A stretch of 62,899 bases of DNA, filler included, from Ionaspis alba (taxonomy: Eukaryota), in NCBI GenBank assembly GCA_964255285.1. It is 3 parts of 3 records of this genome, joined end to end, with 100 filler letters (N's around TTAATTAATTAA, not from the genome) between each part and the next. Parts side by side here need not be neighbours in the genome. Positions count along the whole stretch, not along the records: positions 1 to 20,983 come from CAXUUL010000233.1; positions 21,084 to 41,968 come from CAXUUL010000235.1; 1 more part is not named here. One strand, 5' to 3'. Of this stretch, positions 11,275 to 24,076 are shown piece after piece. Position numbers and translations under genes: made by a program. The stretch's first letter is position 1; each line of letters starts with the position of its first letter. The notes beneath the pieces were generated by a model. That model did no database searches. It was not told the origin of the DNA and was given only the letters and a program-made list of their open reading frames with translations.

Positions 11275-14228
11275 TTTCACGATCGAGTTCAAGCTCAGGT
11301 CCCCTTCGGTAGTGTCCCAGGCAAATGAAGCGGACGGTGAGGGTATCAACGATGGGATCAGGAGACGACGACGACGGCGACGAAGAGGGAAGATGAGAAC
11401 ATGAAACTTCGATCAAGGACTTGTCAGCGCGAAGGGAAGTAGTGGCCAGGCCAGCTTTTTGAGAGACTTGGAGCAGTGGTGCTCTGGCAGCTAGCCGCCG
11501 AGGAAAGGGAAGTCGGCGGCTTTGGTTGTGACCAAACATCGTTGAGAAGTGGCACTGGCTGCCCAGAGGCCCCCATTGATTTCTGCAAGCTAGAGGAGTG
11601 AGAAGTCCAGGGCATGCCGCGGGGGAAGGGGAGCTCGAACGGTGTATGGCTGGATCGAGAGGGAAGGGGGGGTGCCACGAAGAGATGCTTGCTTTGGGCG
11701 GTTGCGAACTTGCATCTGCAGACGACAGGGCTCCATCATCCACTCATCGACGGGCTTGCCGCGAACAGATGTGATAGCGAGCGGGTAAGCTAATCTTGAA
11801 AGAGTCTAGAGCGGGGGAAGGAAGCAGTCGATCGGAGTGTCGGGAAGTGGTGGGCAAATGGTGAAGAGGAGCAGAAGCACTTTAAGTTCCGCTTAGCCCC
11901 TGTCACCCCTGTTGTTTTCCTGTCATCCCTGCTGCCCTTTTGTTTTCGTACATCTTCTCCGGCGCGTAGAAGATGAGGCAACTTCCACCGGGATGAGTAT
12001 GGCCTCAGTACATATAGTATCTGACTACTCGTTCTATGACTTCCTCCACAAGCGGATACAATAGCTGATAGTTAAGATATTTGATATACCTCACTCATTG
12101 ACTGGCAGCACAATGTCAGTAGTGCCTCATCGGATGACTGACCACCACACCCTTCCACCAACTCACATGTCAAGGAGTGGCAAAAGAGATAGATTGAAAC
12201 TTTTGTGCCTCGCTCCTGCTCTATTACGATACTTGTCGCCTTTTGTGCCTACTCTTCGCATTCTACCCTTGTCAACGCTTTGGTGCTGGGGAAGAGGGCT
12301 GGATCCTTGTATCGCTCGGATAATGAGGTGCATATGGAGGACTACTATCGCCAACTACCAATCACACTCCCGTGCCGTTTGCTAGCGGACGAGATGAAAC
12401 TCAGAGCTCGTATTTGTAGACGCGCGAGATAGCGTACTTGAGAGCCAAAATGCCTTCAGGTATTCGCTTACGAGGGCATAAGATGTTAATCGTCTTCTTT
12501 CCCCAGTGATACAGCGCTTAGGGAGCGCAGCCACGTCGGCAGTCAACGAACGGTTTAGACAAAGGAAGCGTGAGGCGGCTCTTGATCGCCTAATACTTGA
12601 CCCTAATTTGATATTATGGGACAAAGGAGGAGTGTTGCAGATATCGGAGCGAAAGAGATTCATCGACCGGGTACCACCTACTTCTCTAGATATTCGAGCG
12701 TGAGACTTTTGAACCTTTAGAAGTCGTTCCAATCGAAGCTAACAGCATCTTATGTCCAAATAGAAGTCGAAGAAATGAATAGCCAAGACCTTTGTCCCTT
12801 CTGTTCACGGGTAACAGTTTCCATGTGCAACTTGACCTGGTAATACAATGCACGGCGAACTCTCTCCGAGCATGAATATCCTGTAAAACCTTCGGACCAT
12901 CGAGTTTTCAGGGCGAAGATTCAGAAGCCACTTATCATGCACACTACGTGAGCAGAACCTCAAGAAGCAGAGCAAGATCCAGCCGCACCCGAGCCGCACT
13001 CCAGAGCTTTGAACGGCCAGTGAGTTGTTTCAGAAACACAAAAGTATATCCAGTGACGATTATTCAGCAAGATGCTGCAAGGTGATCATTGAATACATCT
13101 TCACAATTCGTAAGCCAGTCGTGATCAGATCCTGCGTAGCGGAGATTGGGGTGAGAAAAGTGCCCGTAGTTTCTTACTACTCGGACTTTATCGGGAATGC
13201 TCTTCGAAGATCTGGCAGATATGTCTCTCTAATCCAAGACCCTTTCCTGTTCGACTGTAGTGGTATCTCGAGCTAGAAAAAAGAAAAAGACCATTGAATC
13301 ACTCCTGGCTTCTCTTCCATGAGCAAAGTTATTGATAGCCTCGTTCAAGATGGGCCTGGATCAGCGCGTTATGATTGGGCCGTTGCAGGTCGTAGACAGA
13401 CCTCTGTGCTCCTACTCTCGCGAGGGGAGGAAACGAACTCATGGGCCGATCCACCATCGTTCCAAATTTGTATCCCAGGTCAACCTTCTAGGCAGAGCCC
13501 AATATCACGAAGCTTGAGGCAGAAAATGCAATCTTTGTTCTTCCGCTCCATAACGGACTCTTGATAGGCTCAGCCTCAGGCCTATCAGATTATAGATTCA
13601 GCATGTGAAAGAGTAGGCAGAGGGTCGATGAGACACCTCCATGAAGAACCATTCAAGATATGCTGAGGCAGAAAATTCGTCATCGCCATGTAGTTTCGGA
13701 AAGCCCGGACATGAATACTCTTCTTTGTTACGGAAGCCCATAACCATCAATAGATTCTTGTTGCTGTGCGACTGGCATCGAGGCGATTAACCAATTAGCA
13801 TCCGGCTGACATCTTACTTACGCCGTAATAGCAAAACGATACTTCGACGCTCTCATCTAAGTCTAGAGATCGCGTTTTTTCTCTCTACAATCTCAGCCAT
13901 CAATTCCCATTGGTATTTGTTTCGATGGCTTCACAATAATCAGCTTCACCATCTTGCATCTTGCGTAAACCCCTCCTCGGCGTCAAATCAGAGCTCCTCG
14001 ATCACCAAGCGAAGGCGCGCCCGCTGCACTAGTTTCGAGCTAAAGGCAGCGTGTTGCTGGCAGACCTCGTCAACAAGCTTCACCTTCGTTTTCCTCTTCC
14101 CGTCTTCTTCTTCCTCACACCATCTCGCCATTACATTTCCAACCTTCTTTCCTCAACTCCATATCCTAGAAGCACCTGACATCGTGTCTCGAGCTTCCTC
14201 ACGTGTTGTTCTTGCAGCAGCACTCTGA

Positions 14229-14914
14229 AAGGTAGCCGAGTCGAAGGGCTCCCCTTCGATTTTAGTCAATCTGGACTTTGACGCCAAAGTCCCAATTCCC
14301 TTCAGCGTTTTCCCGTCGTCGTACCGGAGCGACGCTGCCACCGATTCTACTCGTACTAGGGTAGAAGGCGAGGTAACCACAGAGCGCGTCGGACGGGAAG
14401 GTCAGGAAACTCGCTACTCTTCCTTCTCTGCCTCTGTTCCCAACAGAGGTCGATTCGAAGAAGAGGTCAAAGTCTACGACGAGGACCGTAACCGCCGTCC
14501 GCGCCGCAAGGAGGATATCAAGGTCTACGAAGAACGTGAACGCTTTCCGGAAGTAGAGCTTGCCAGAGATCGGTAAGCCGTTTCCATGTCATTTCGCACA
14601 TCGAGACAACCCCCTATTCCCCCGATAAGGCTTGGCTTCGTTGACCCAGTAACATCCATCGTGATTTTTGATGAAGCTCGGGTCAACTCTTTACTAATGA
14701 TCCTGCTTACAACAGGTATACAGAGCCGTACCAGAAACGGACTGAGATCAACGTCGACATCGAGCGTTCTCGCCAAGAATCAGAAATCGACATCACCGAA
14801 CGTGATTATCGCCAACGTACCCAGCCTGCCTACGACGTCGAATACGAACGTCGAGCACCCAAGGAACACGTTCATATCGAAGCCGAGACAACCGTAGATC
14901 CACCAAAACGCGAC
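14229..14914 (+). other. Upstream in-frame coding extension of hex-1 (long isoform) with no in-frame ATG
   Basis: Open frame 14229-14572 (VNLDFDAKVPIPFSVFPSSYRSD...EVELARDR), intron 14573-14715 (GTAAGC...ACTAAT...CAG), then exon 14716-14914 in frame with the MGYYDD start. Bounded upstream by an in-frame TGA at 14226-14228. Confidence 0.7.
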
Positions 14915-15574
14915 ATGGGCTATTACGACGACTCCGGACACTACCACTCCTTCCGCCGTGGTCTTGAAAGGGCTGCCGACCGAGTGCTTCACCCGATTCA
15001 TGGAGGCCATCACCACCATGATCGCGAGGAAGTCATCATCGAACGCGAAGAAACAGGACCTGTTCGCGTCCGCGAGGGTCAACGTGAGACCGTGCGCTAT
15101 GTCGAACGTGGTTCCCGTGGGGTTTCGCCTGATACAATCACGATTCCATGTCACCACATCCGCATCGGAGATCTTCTAGTCCTTCAAGGACGTCCTTGCC
15201 AGGTCATCAAGATCACCACATCCGGTCAGACTGGGCAGCACCGTTACCTTGGGGTCGATCTCTTCACCAAGCAGCTTCACGAGGAATCAAGCTTCGTCTC
15301 CAACCCAGCTCCTTCCGTCATCGTGCAGAACATGCTCGGTCCGGTCTTCAAGCAGTACCGTGTCCTCGACATTCGCGACGACGGTCGTGTTGTGGCGATG
15401 ACCGAGACTGGCGATGTCAAGCAAGGTCTTCCTGTCATCGATCAGGGTGGTCTGTGGTCAAGTCTCAACGACGCTTTTGCAAATGGTCGTGGCAGTGTCC
15501 GTGTCCTAGTCATCAACGATGGAGGTCGTGAGCTTGCCGTGGACTACAAGGTCATTCATGGCTCACGATTGTAG
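14915..15574 (+). CDS. hex1: Woronin body major protein HEX-1 (eIF5A-related fold, peroxisomal)
   Basis: MGYYDD start, His-rich segment, IPCHHIRIGDLLVLQGRPCQV, TGQHRYLGVDLFTKQLHEESS and C-terminal PTS1 -SRL. Confidence 0.97.
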   Translation: MGYYDDSGHYHSFRRGLERAADRVLHPIHGGHHHHDREEVIIEREETGPVRVREGQRETVRYVERGSRGVSPDTITIPCHHIRIGDLLVLQGRPCQVIKITTSGQTGQHRYLGVDLFTKQLHEESSFVSNPAPSVIVQNMLGPVFKQYRVLDIRDDGRVVAMTETGDVKQGLPVIDQGGLWSSLNDAFANGRGSVRVLVINDGGRELAVDYKVIHGSRL

Positions 15575-16216
15575 ATACACGAAAGGATGTGAGTTATCCA
15601 TCCAAACCACTGACAACGACGTAAGTTAATTGACTGTTGGCAGCCACATCTGATACTCTGTTGCTACATTGAGGATGAAATCAGGGCATCGAGCGCACGG
15701 AAGACTTTTATCTTCGCGGCGAGCAAGTGGAGCGGATTGGAGAATGGAAAAATTGATTACATCCCGAGTGCAAGGACTTGACGATGCTCAATACCGTATA
15801 ATCCTGGGCTGTCAATACTTCAAACAATATTCTGATTTGCTTGGTCAACTAATGGCGTTCCCCTCGCCTTGTCTCTCACGATGTGCTGCCGCAGCTTCGG
15901 TTATCGATGTGTTGTTGTAAGATTCAACCCTGAATGAGCTATAGTTGAGAAATTTTGCGATAGCTTCCACGTATGGTTCTGCGCAATGGATACTAATACA
16001 GCATGACCCTATTGAACATGAAATGCGTAGAAAAAGTGATCCCCTAACATATACGAAGCATTGGTGCATTAACTCGTGGGGCTGGCTGCTGAGTAGGGTG
16101 GACGGCTGGGGCTATTAATAAAAACTGTTGCGAATATAGTCAGGGGTGTGCTTCCCTGATTTGCTAACCGGTCCTATTACCCCGAGAAGAGCCTGCCCCG
16201 TCCCCGTTGCTGGGCT

Positions 16217-16316
16217 NNNNNNNNNNNNNNNNNNNNNNNNNNNNNNNNNNNNNNNNNNNNNNNNNNNNNNNNNNNNNNNNNNNNNNNNNNNNNNNNNNNN
16301 NNNNNNNNNNNNNNNN
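16217..16316. other. Scaffold gap (100 N)
   Basis: Run of 100 N in intergenic DNA. Confidence 0.99.
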
Positions 16317-16686
16317 GGTGGCGCATTGCGATCACTGAAGGCGTGCAAGGCTAGCAGAGTGAAAGGACTATTGCTGTTCGCGATATTGAAGGCTTTCGTC
16401 CTCTTTGAACTTTGAATAAACGTGGTCAACTCTTCTCCCTTCAACTGATAATCCACCCTCCTGTTCAAAGTATCTGGAGCTTCAAAGGATTCGACGTCGT
16501 ACCCAACGACACCCCGAGGGAACCATCCGGAGACAATCCTGTTTCACAAGTATTACCTTGCCCACCTTCTCCGCATGAACGCTGAGTGAACTTTTGATCG
16601 ACCTATCCTCCGGTCCAAATCATTCATACTCATCGCCTTTCTTCTCATGGTTCCGAGGTGATTACGCCAGATCTTGTTCTTTCGTC

Positions 16687-19147
16687 ATGTCTCGACCAGT
16701 GGATAGATCTTACTCTTTTGATAACAACAACGATGATTCGAACTTGACTGCGAACAGGCAGGATCGATTCAACCAATACCAGCCTTATAGAGACCAAGAA
16801 AGTCCCTCCCGACACATCCAGCAAATCCCACAACCAGCATACGCTCCTCGGGTTCACTCCAACATCAACCCTCCTCCACCTCCACCGCCTTCACATCGAG
16901 GCTATTCCAATTTTCGACCCGACACCCAACAAACGCGTGACACCGTATCCCACGCTGATCAAGGGTTCTACCAAGATCACGGCAATCCCTTCGCCACACC
17001 TCGTCATGAAGGAGCAGCTCCTAGAGATTTAGGATACTCAACGTCAATGCGTACCGCATCAACGACAACGCCAGGCATGGACAATCTGGGTACCGCAGCT
17101 GCCGGTGGCGGAATTGCTGGAATTGCCCTGGGCGTAGCCAACACAAATGAACGTGACAGTGGACTAGCGGCTCTCAGATCGACGAATGACAGTTCACATT
17201 CCAGTCATGGCAACCCATTCGAACGGGACTACAATACGATCGGCACCGATTCTCCCTATGTACCAGATCCACCATATGCTTCGCGTACGATACATCCAAA
17301 TGACTCTCATTCTTCTGCGATACCTCTAGGGGCCGCACCAGCTTCCATTGGTCAGCTTACCCCACAGCCATACGAAGGTTCAGCAATGCATCTAGCCCAA
17401 TACCCATCCGACTCGCTTCGGCCAGGTCCAAGAACCTACACCGACAGTCCTTATAAACGATATTCGTCAGCATGGGATCCACAACTGGGTCAAGGCGATT
17501 TTCACCCCGACGATATTGAGGATGATGGTGACGATGGGATGACACCACAATCAGAAAGCCGCAGGAGGTCGATGTTAGGTCTGAACAAGCAATCCGATTC
17601 AAGCTCTTCCAAGGCTGCCGCTATAGGTGGTGGTGCTGCTGCTGGCGGTGGTATTCTGGGTGGATTAGGTGCCATGGTAGGACGGAAGCCTGTCGGATCC
17701 GGTTACAATCAGAACGGAAGTTATGGACCAGTCGTTGGACAACCGGGTTCTGATGGCAGCGGGAATGGACTGGAAAAGAGTGAATGGCTGACATCACAAA
17801 CTTCTGGAAGGAAGAGACTTCGATGGATTGTGGGTACAATCGTTGCATTGGTGATCATTGCCATCATCGTTGGGGCCATCGTGGGAGGAATCAAGGGCGC
17901 ACAAAGCAAGAACAATGGTGGTGCCAGTGGTGATGGTCAGACTGCCGCTCAGGACGACGGGAGTGGAGATCTAGACAGGAATTCCAAGGAGATACAAGAT
18001 CTACTCAACAATGCAGATCTTCGAAGAGTTTTTCCCGGTATGGCATATACACCTTTCAACGGCCAGTATCCTGGCTGTCTCACCTATCCTCCCAGCCAGA
18101 ACAATGTCACGAGAGATATTGCCGTATTGTCACAACTCACCAACACGATCAGGCTCTATGGAACCGACTGCAATCAGACCGAAATGGTACTTCATGCTTT
18201 CGACAAACTTGGTCTGACCGACATGAAAGTCTGGATGGCTGTCTGGCTCGACAAGAACACAACTACCAATGACAGAGGCCTCGCTGCCATGAATGATATT
18301 TTAAAGAAAAAGGGCGACAAACCCTTCTCTGGCGTCATCCTCGGCAATGAAGTACTCTTCCGCAAGGATCTTACAGCAACGCAGCTTGACCAGGTTGTCA
18401 GCGATGTAAAGAAGAACTTCACAGAGCTATCGGTCAATCTTCCTGTTGCTATTGCTGATCTTGGAGATGACTGGACTGCCGACTTGACCAAGAATGTTGA
18501 TGTTGTCATGAGCAACATACATCCCTTTTTCGCTGGCGTGACAGCGGAAGAGGCTGCGGGCTGGACATGGAGCTTTTGGCAGACTCACGATGTTGTTCTC
18601 ACCGCTGGAACTAATAAGAAAAATGTCATCTCGGAGGTTGGCTGGCCTTCTGAGGGTGGAAACGACTGCGGTGCAGCAAAATGCACTAGCAGTACACAAG
18701 GCAGTATTGCAGGCATCGATCAGATGAACACATTCATGGACAACTTTGTCTGTCAGAGTTTAGCCAATGGGACGGACTACTTTTGGTAAGTTAATGATAT
18801 CTTCTGTTGCTCTTTTTGCTGGCTAATCAAGTCGGCCGTGGTAGGTTTGAAGCATTCGATGAGCCGTGGAAGGTTCAATTCAATACTCCTGACGAGAATT
18901 GGGAAGANNNNNNNNNNNNNNNNNNNNNNNNNNNNNNNNNNNNNNNNNNNNNNNNNNNNNNNNNNNNNNNNNNNNNNNNNNNNNNNNNNNNNNNNNNNNN
19001 NNNNNNNCATTCGATGAGCCGTGGAAGGTTCAATTCAATACTCCTGACGAGAATTGGGAAGACAAATGGGGCTTGATGGACTCTGCCAGGAAGCTCAAGA
19101 AGGGTCTCAAGATTCCGGACTGCGGTGGAAAAAGAATATCAGGATGA
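16687..19147 (+). CDS. btgC: Membrane-anchored GH17 glucan endo-1,3-beta-glucosidase, BtgC-like
   Basis: ATG 16687; long disordered N-terminus and one TM helix ([22 protein letters not shown]). GH17 motifs [24 protein letters not shown] and FEAFDEPWK. Intron 18786-18844; the last exon is split by a spurious 100-N gap. Confidence 0.88.
18908..19007. other. Spurious scaffold gap with duplicated flanks
   Basis: 18853-18907 is repeated at 19008-19062 (55 bp); collapsing the overlap gives a continuous exon. Confidence 0.95.
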
Positions 19148-19825
19148 GACTCGTTAGCTATGCTAAGTTGATAAGAGGATTTGCGTCTAAGGGGATGTAC
19201 CCCAAGGATTGCCAGACAGCAATACTGCGATCAGGTGGCAGGGCAAGACTTTTGATGCATTGTGTGCGGTGCGTTATTCCGGATCGTGCACATGGAGAGG
19301 GATGGAATGGGTCAAAAACGCATATGTGGTATGATATGGTATGATATGGTAGGGAGGTTTGTGTTTTTTCGCGTGACTCGACTACCGTTAGCTGGGGTAT
19401 CGAACGAGTGCCTGGCGTGTATGGGGTTAATTTCCGACGTTCTCGTGATGTTCTGTCGAGGGTCGAACAGTAACGTTGCGAGGTTCCTCGGGACAGAGAT
19501 TAGGGACAGAGTTCGCAACGTCGCACAAATGCTCGGCAGAAAATTCAGATAGACCAACTCAGAATCGAGACTTGTAGATCTTCTTTCAGATCCCTTGATC
19601 CGTCTTACTACAATCGCTCCCGCTTTAAGTCCTATACTGCCCCACGAATTAACCCCATTTCGCCCCACCATTACACAAATGATGCCGTCATCGTGGAGGA
19701 CGCTTATGGGTGATAGACTGACCCTTGATAATCTGTAGACGTTACAATCAAGTTCTGCTAATTACAAGATCATCTCTCACAAGAAATAGTTGGAACCGCT
19801 CGGGACAGAGAGCCCTAGATCCCCA

Positions 19826-20675
19826 ATGGCTAAATCCTTTCGCCAAACTGTTGGTATTCCTCCTTCCACCGCTTCACCCTCAGACTCGGCGCTTCTCATC
19901 ATCGATGCTCAAAATGAATATGCCAGTGGCCTACTGAAAACTGTCGACGTCGATTCGACCCGGGCCGCCATAGCTGGATTGGTAGACAAGTACAGATTAG
20001 CAGGTCAAGATAGCAATATTATACATATTCTGCATAAGGTCCCTGATGGTGCTCCTGTCTTTACCCCAGGAGAAGCTGTTAGCCAGGAAATGAAAGGGGT
20101 TGAAGCCAAAGGTGATGAGAAGGTTCGTGGGCATCTCCAACGGGACTTTTTTGACATCATGAAAAGAAGCACGAACACGATGTAGTTCCTGGGGAGAATA
20201 ACAAGAATGCTTGAAGAAGGGGTCGTCAATATCAGAACTGTGGCTGAAACATTATGAACAGGTCATCATGAAAGAACACCCAGGTTCCTTTGCTGGCACT
20301 GATTTGCAAGACACTCTTCAGAAGCTAGGCACTAAGAAGGTGGTTCTGTGCGGTTACATGGTATGTAGTAGCCGGCGTCCTTTGAGACATTAGGCATAGA
20401 ATTAGTGAGGGACGGTTCAATTAATTGCTCGATGGTTACAGGCCCACGTTTGTGTTTCAACCACTGCACGGCAAGCAGATGAGAGGGGATATGAGGTTCT
20501 GCTCGCAGAAGATGCTATCGGCGATAGGGATATTCCAGGTATCAGTGGACAGGAGGTCACGAAGGTGAGAAAAGAATCAACGAAATCAAAGCCTTGTTAA
20601 TCGATTGAGCAGGTTGCACTGTTGGAACTCGCAGATGCATTTGGAACGGTAATCAAGAGCAGCGAAGTCAAATGA
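19826..20675 (+). CDS. Isochorismatase-like cysteine hydrolase
   Basis: Four exons (introns 20123-20261, 20361-20441, 20565-20612). Asp-Lys-Cys triad in LLIIDAQNEY, KEHPGSF and GYMAHVCVSTTAR. Confidence 0.9.
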
Positions 20676-20983
20676 TAGCATCCCATTACTCGGTGATAAA
20701 CATGCAGATGGAGATAGGAGGACTAGCTGGTGGTGTTCGTCATTCAATAGAATTATTCATAAGTCTCGTCAATCCCTTCTCGAGCTGCTTCTGTAGCATC
20801 ACGCGTTCAAGGAACGGCTGTGTCGTGAGCCCTGTGGGAGATTGCTACACGTACCCTCCCTCTATGGGCTTTCGACGTAACACTCAGGCCGCCGGCTAGG
20901 TTCGCAATACATAGATCGGCAGTACAATGGCCATGTCCGTGGATCCCGATATGTAGCCGCCTTGCTATAGAGCACTATCACAG

Positions 20984-21083
20984 NNNNNNNNNNNNNNNNN
21001 NNNNNNNNNNNNNNNNNNNNNNNNNNNTTAATTAATTAANNNNNNNNNNNNNNNNNNNNNNNNNNNNNNNNNNNNNNNNNNNN
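20984..21083. other. Artificial contig-concatenation linker
   Basis: 44 N + TTAATTAATTAA (stops in all six frames) + 44 N. Confidence 0.97.
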
Positions 21084-21757
21084 AATGACGCTAACTAGGC
21101 TCTCTCTGTTTTGCCCTGGGATTTAGAAAGATCGGTACTGAGAAAACTGTACAACCAGCGATGAGGTGCAAGATGTGTATTTTCTAAGTACCTAGAGGGC
21201 AAGAAGTACTATCTGGACTACGCTACTGGCGGTTAAACTATTGTCCGATCCCCTTGGCTCTTTCCCTCCTTGACAGTACGGCAGTGCGAGCTTATTATAC
21301 TTTGAGGAGATTATAAGAGGTGTGAGATATGAGTTAGTCTTCAGAGGACCATGTCAGTCATGTAAACCTGAGCAATTACACACGCGGTAGATTTAGCTAT
21401 TCTCGTTGAGGGCTGCCAGGGCTTTAATACAGGTTCCTTAACCTGTTGGTGTGCATTATCGCCATTGAATTTGAAAAGCCCGCCGTGCAGAGTTAGCACG
21501 TTCAATTATCCGGTGAGAATCTCGTTGCATACGCCAGATAATGACAATTTGTCATTTCTAAACGTGATAGCCAGAATCTGCTATGGGAAATATTACTGAC
21601 TCATTTCTGCAACTGCGATGTATCGTCCCAGTCCATTTGTATCATAATATGAATTCCAATCTCTTTGACATTATATTGTGATGCAACACATCATGGGTGA
21701 ACCAAGACCCGTCATCTTCTGCTTTCAAGTGCTCCAATTGTTGAAATTGGTTAGAGT

Positions 21758-23266
21758 CTAATGCTTAGTGTCCCATTCTGCTACTATCAGAGACAGCTGA
21801 TAGCCATCCGACATTGTAACTCCCCGGAACTTGAAGCGGGAGTTCGCCTGAGCAAACACTGCTCTCCAGCCAGCTTCGTCTCTTTCCTTGCCGTTGGAGA
21901 AAGCTTTCAGGGTCATATCCAGGCTTCTATGACACCATCAGCATGACCTGTCATCACGCAGCTGGTGAATTGGGGATGATGAAGTGCTTACCTCACCTGC
22001 CGCTCCAGATAAGGGGAGACTGTTCCAAACTTTGGAATACAATTGTCGTTGATCAGCACTTTGGCACCAGGCTTCATAGCCGGGACCAGGCCCTGAAGAA
22101 TCTTCACACAAGCTTTGTCCGCCCAGTCGTGCAGCACCCAGCGGAAATAATATACATCTGCGCCGTGGACTGGTTGCTCCGTCCAAAAGTCATGGGCCAT
22201 GAACGTGACACGATCCTTCAATTCCGAAGGCACGTCAGCCAGAGCATTCTCTATCGTTGCCGGCAGATCCTGTACAATGCATCGAATTTGCGGATAGTGC
22301 TTCGCTATAATCATGCTGATCTGGCCGAGGGAGCCTCCAATCTCCACGACAAGGCCAGGTCCGATGGATCCAAAGTCGAATTGCTTGAGGAGAACCTCAG
22401 GGCTGAACTTGGGGGATGCGAGCCAGAACGCCATCGCGTCTGCAAACTTCTTCGCCTTTTGAGGGTCCTTGTCGATAGCATCGAAAACCGATCCTTCCAG
22501 ACCGTGGGCCAAAGAGTATCCCTAGATACTTAGCATGTCGCCATACCAACTTCGGGGAGAGCTAGCCTACCGTCTCCGCGGGTTTGTCCGAGCCAGGCCA
22601 TTTGTTGATGGCGTCAACAAGCTCAAGAATGGTTAGCATGTACAACAAGATTCGGTATGATTATAAACCTTACGCGGGTGAACGATGGCCATAACTCCTC
22701 ACTGGCGTTGGATATCCAAGCTGTTAGAAGAGGGTTCTCCGCCAATGCCTGTGATGCCGCATTGTGGGCGAGGACTCCTTCACTAGGTTGACAGAAAACA
22801 CGATTTGAGATGGCCAGACGCAAAAACCGCGCTGTGTCGTCACGATCAAGGTGACAATCGTCGGCGAGACTCTCAAATGAAACGGATCCACGATGAGGAA
22901 CTCTTTGTGCAATTTGGTGCCTACAGATAAACTGGAGGCTCAGCACTGTGAGATGCTACAGCAATGTGAGCAAATGCGCTACCCCTATGGCTCCGACAAG
23001 AGCATAGTAAACCAAGAATGTACCTCCGATGTTGCCGTGAGCAGATAGCCTACCGGCCCAAGGGTAAGATTGTGAAGCTCATAGGTGGCCTCTATGATTG
23101 TATTGCGAACTGCTTCAATATCTTCTGGTAGTTGGGGCGGAGGTGCAGAAGCTATGCTTGCATCATGTGAAGGCAAAGGAATATCATGAGAGACTAAATA
23201 GTCCTTGTACTTTTCTGTGTTTGTCTGAATGATAGCTGCGAGCTCACAAATGTCCTTTGAGGGCAT
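21758..23266 (-). CDS. SAM-dependent O-methyltransferase (fungal secondary-metabolite type)
   Basis: Five exons (donors at 23023, 22673, 22570, 21991). Motifs VVEIGGSLG, VQDL, HDFW, RWVLHDW and NGKER. Ends ...IVAEWDTKH*. Confidence 0.92.
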
Positions 23267-24076
23267 TGTCGCTGGATATTATGGGTACGGCAAAGAACTA
23301 CAAGACCACGGAGAGTTGATAGCTCTTGAAAGAGATGCTAAGATGGCACGATGGTGAAGAGTGATGTGGTTTAATAGTCGACTCTGATTTTATTGATAGA
23401 CAACACAAAGGACTTGATATCTATGAGCACCAGGGATCCATGTGGAGTGAATGCGTGATGTAGAGTAAATCAACGTCAATTCAGTCCTAAGATGTCAAGG
23501 TTAAACGTAGGAGAAGAGGCCAATAGGCGTTGGAAGGTCGCCGAGTCTGCCCAGAGCATGATTCTCTCCAAGTGGCCTTGACAATGCCTGATACTGTCAC
23601 CACTTGTACGGTATTGAAATTTATCGACTGGAATGACGGCTTCCGGGTAAAGCAATGGTAAGTGCGTGCAGCATTTCGCATGCACCATACCTTACGTTGA
23701 GGAGTAACGGCGTGCGTCGAAGATGCCGGCTGATTCTCATCCTTAATACGCGCTCGTGCATATTCCAATGATTCTGTGCTCCTAGTGACTTGCTTTTTCA
23801 GGGGAGCCCTTGGTGATCCAATGTACCGCAACAAAATCACCATTGACCGTACCTCAGGCTACCGCTAAAGATATGTTGGGGCTAATATTGTGGTCAGGGA
23901 GTAGCTTATCATACACGGGTAATCAAGAAGCGACCTTTCGTTTAGTTATTGTATGATACCGCAAGATTTCTTGATCGACCTACATGGACGTCCTGGAGTT
24001 CAGGGACCGGGAGAATACATCGTGTGAGCTGACAATGATATATTATATCGTCGACTCTATAGCCGCTAGAAACAGC

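Noticed and set aside
13320..13327. Mac1-type copper-response element (TTTGCTCA) upstream of the BIM1-like gene
   Set aside because: It is 2 kb from the start, and the same 8-mer occurs several times elsewhere in the window, including inside coding regions.
11400..14200. Short ORFs in the spacer between the BIM1-like gene and hex-1, and at 61300-62899
   Set aside because: No recognisable motifs or consistent exon structure, so treated as promoter or intergenic DNA. No tRNA, rRNA or transposase was recognised anywhere in the window.
21028..21039. TTAATTAATTAA palindrome as a biological element
   Set aside because: It is centred in exactly 44+44 N and repeated at 42013-42024, so it is a synthetic six-frame stop linker.
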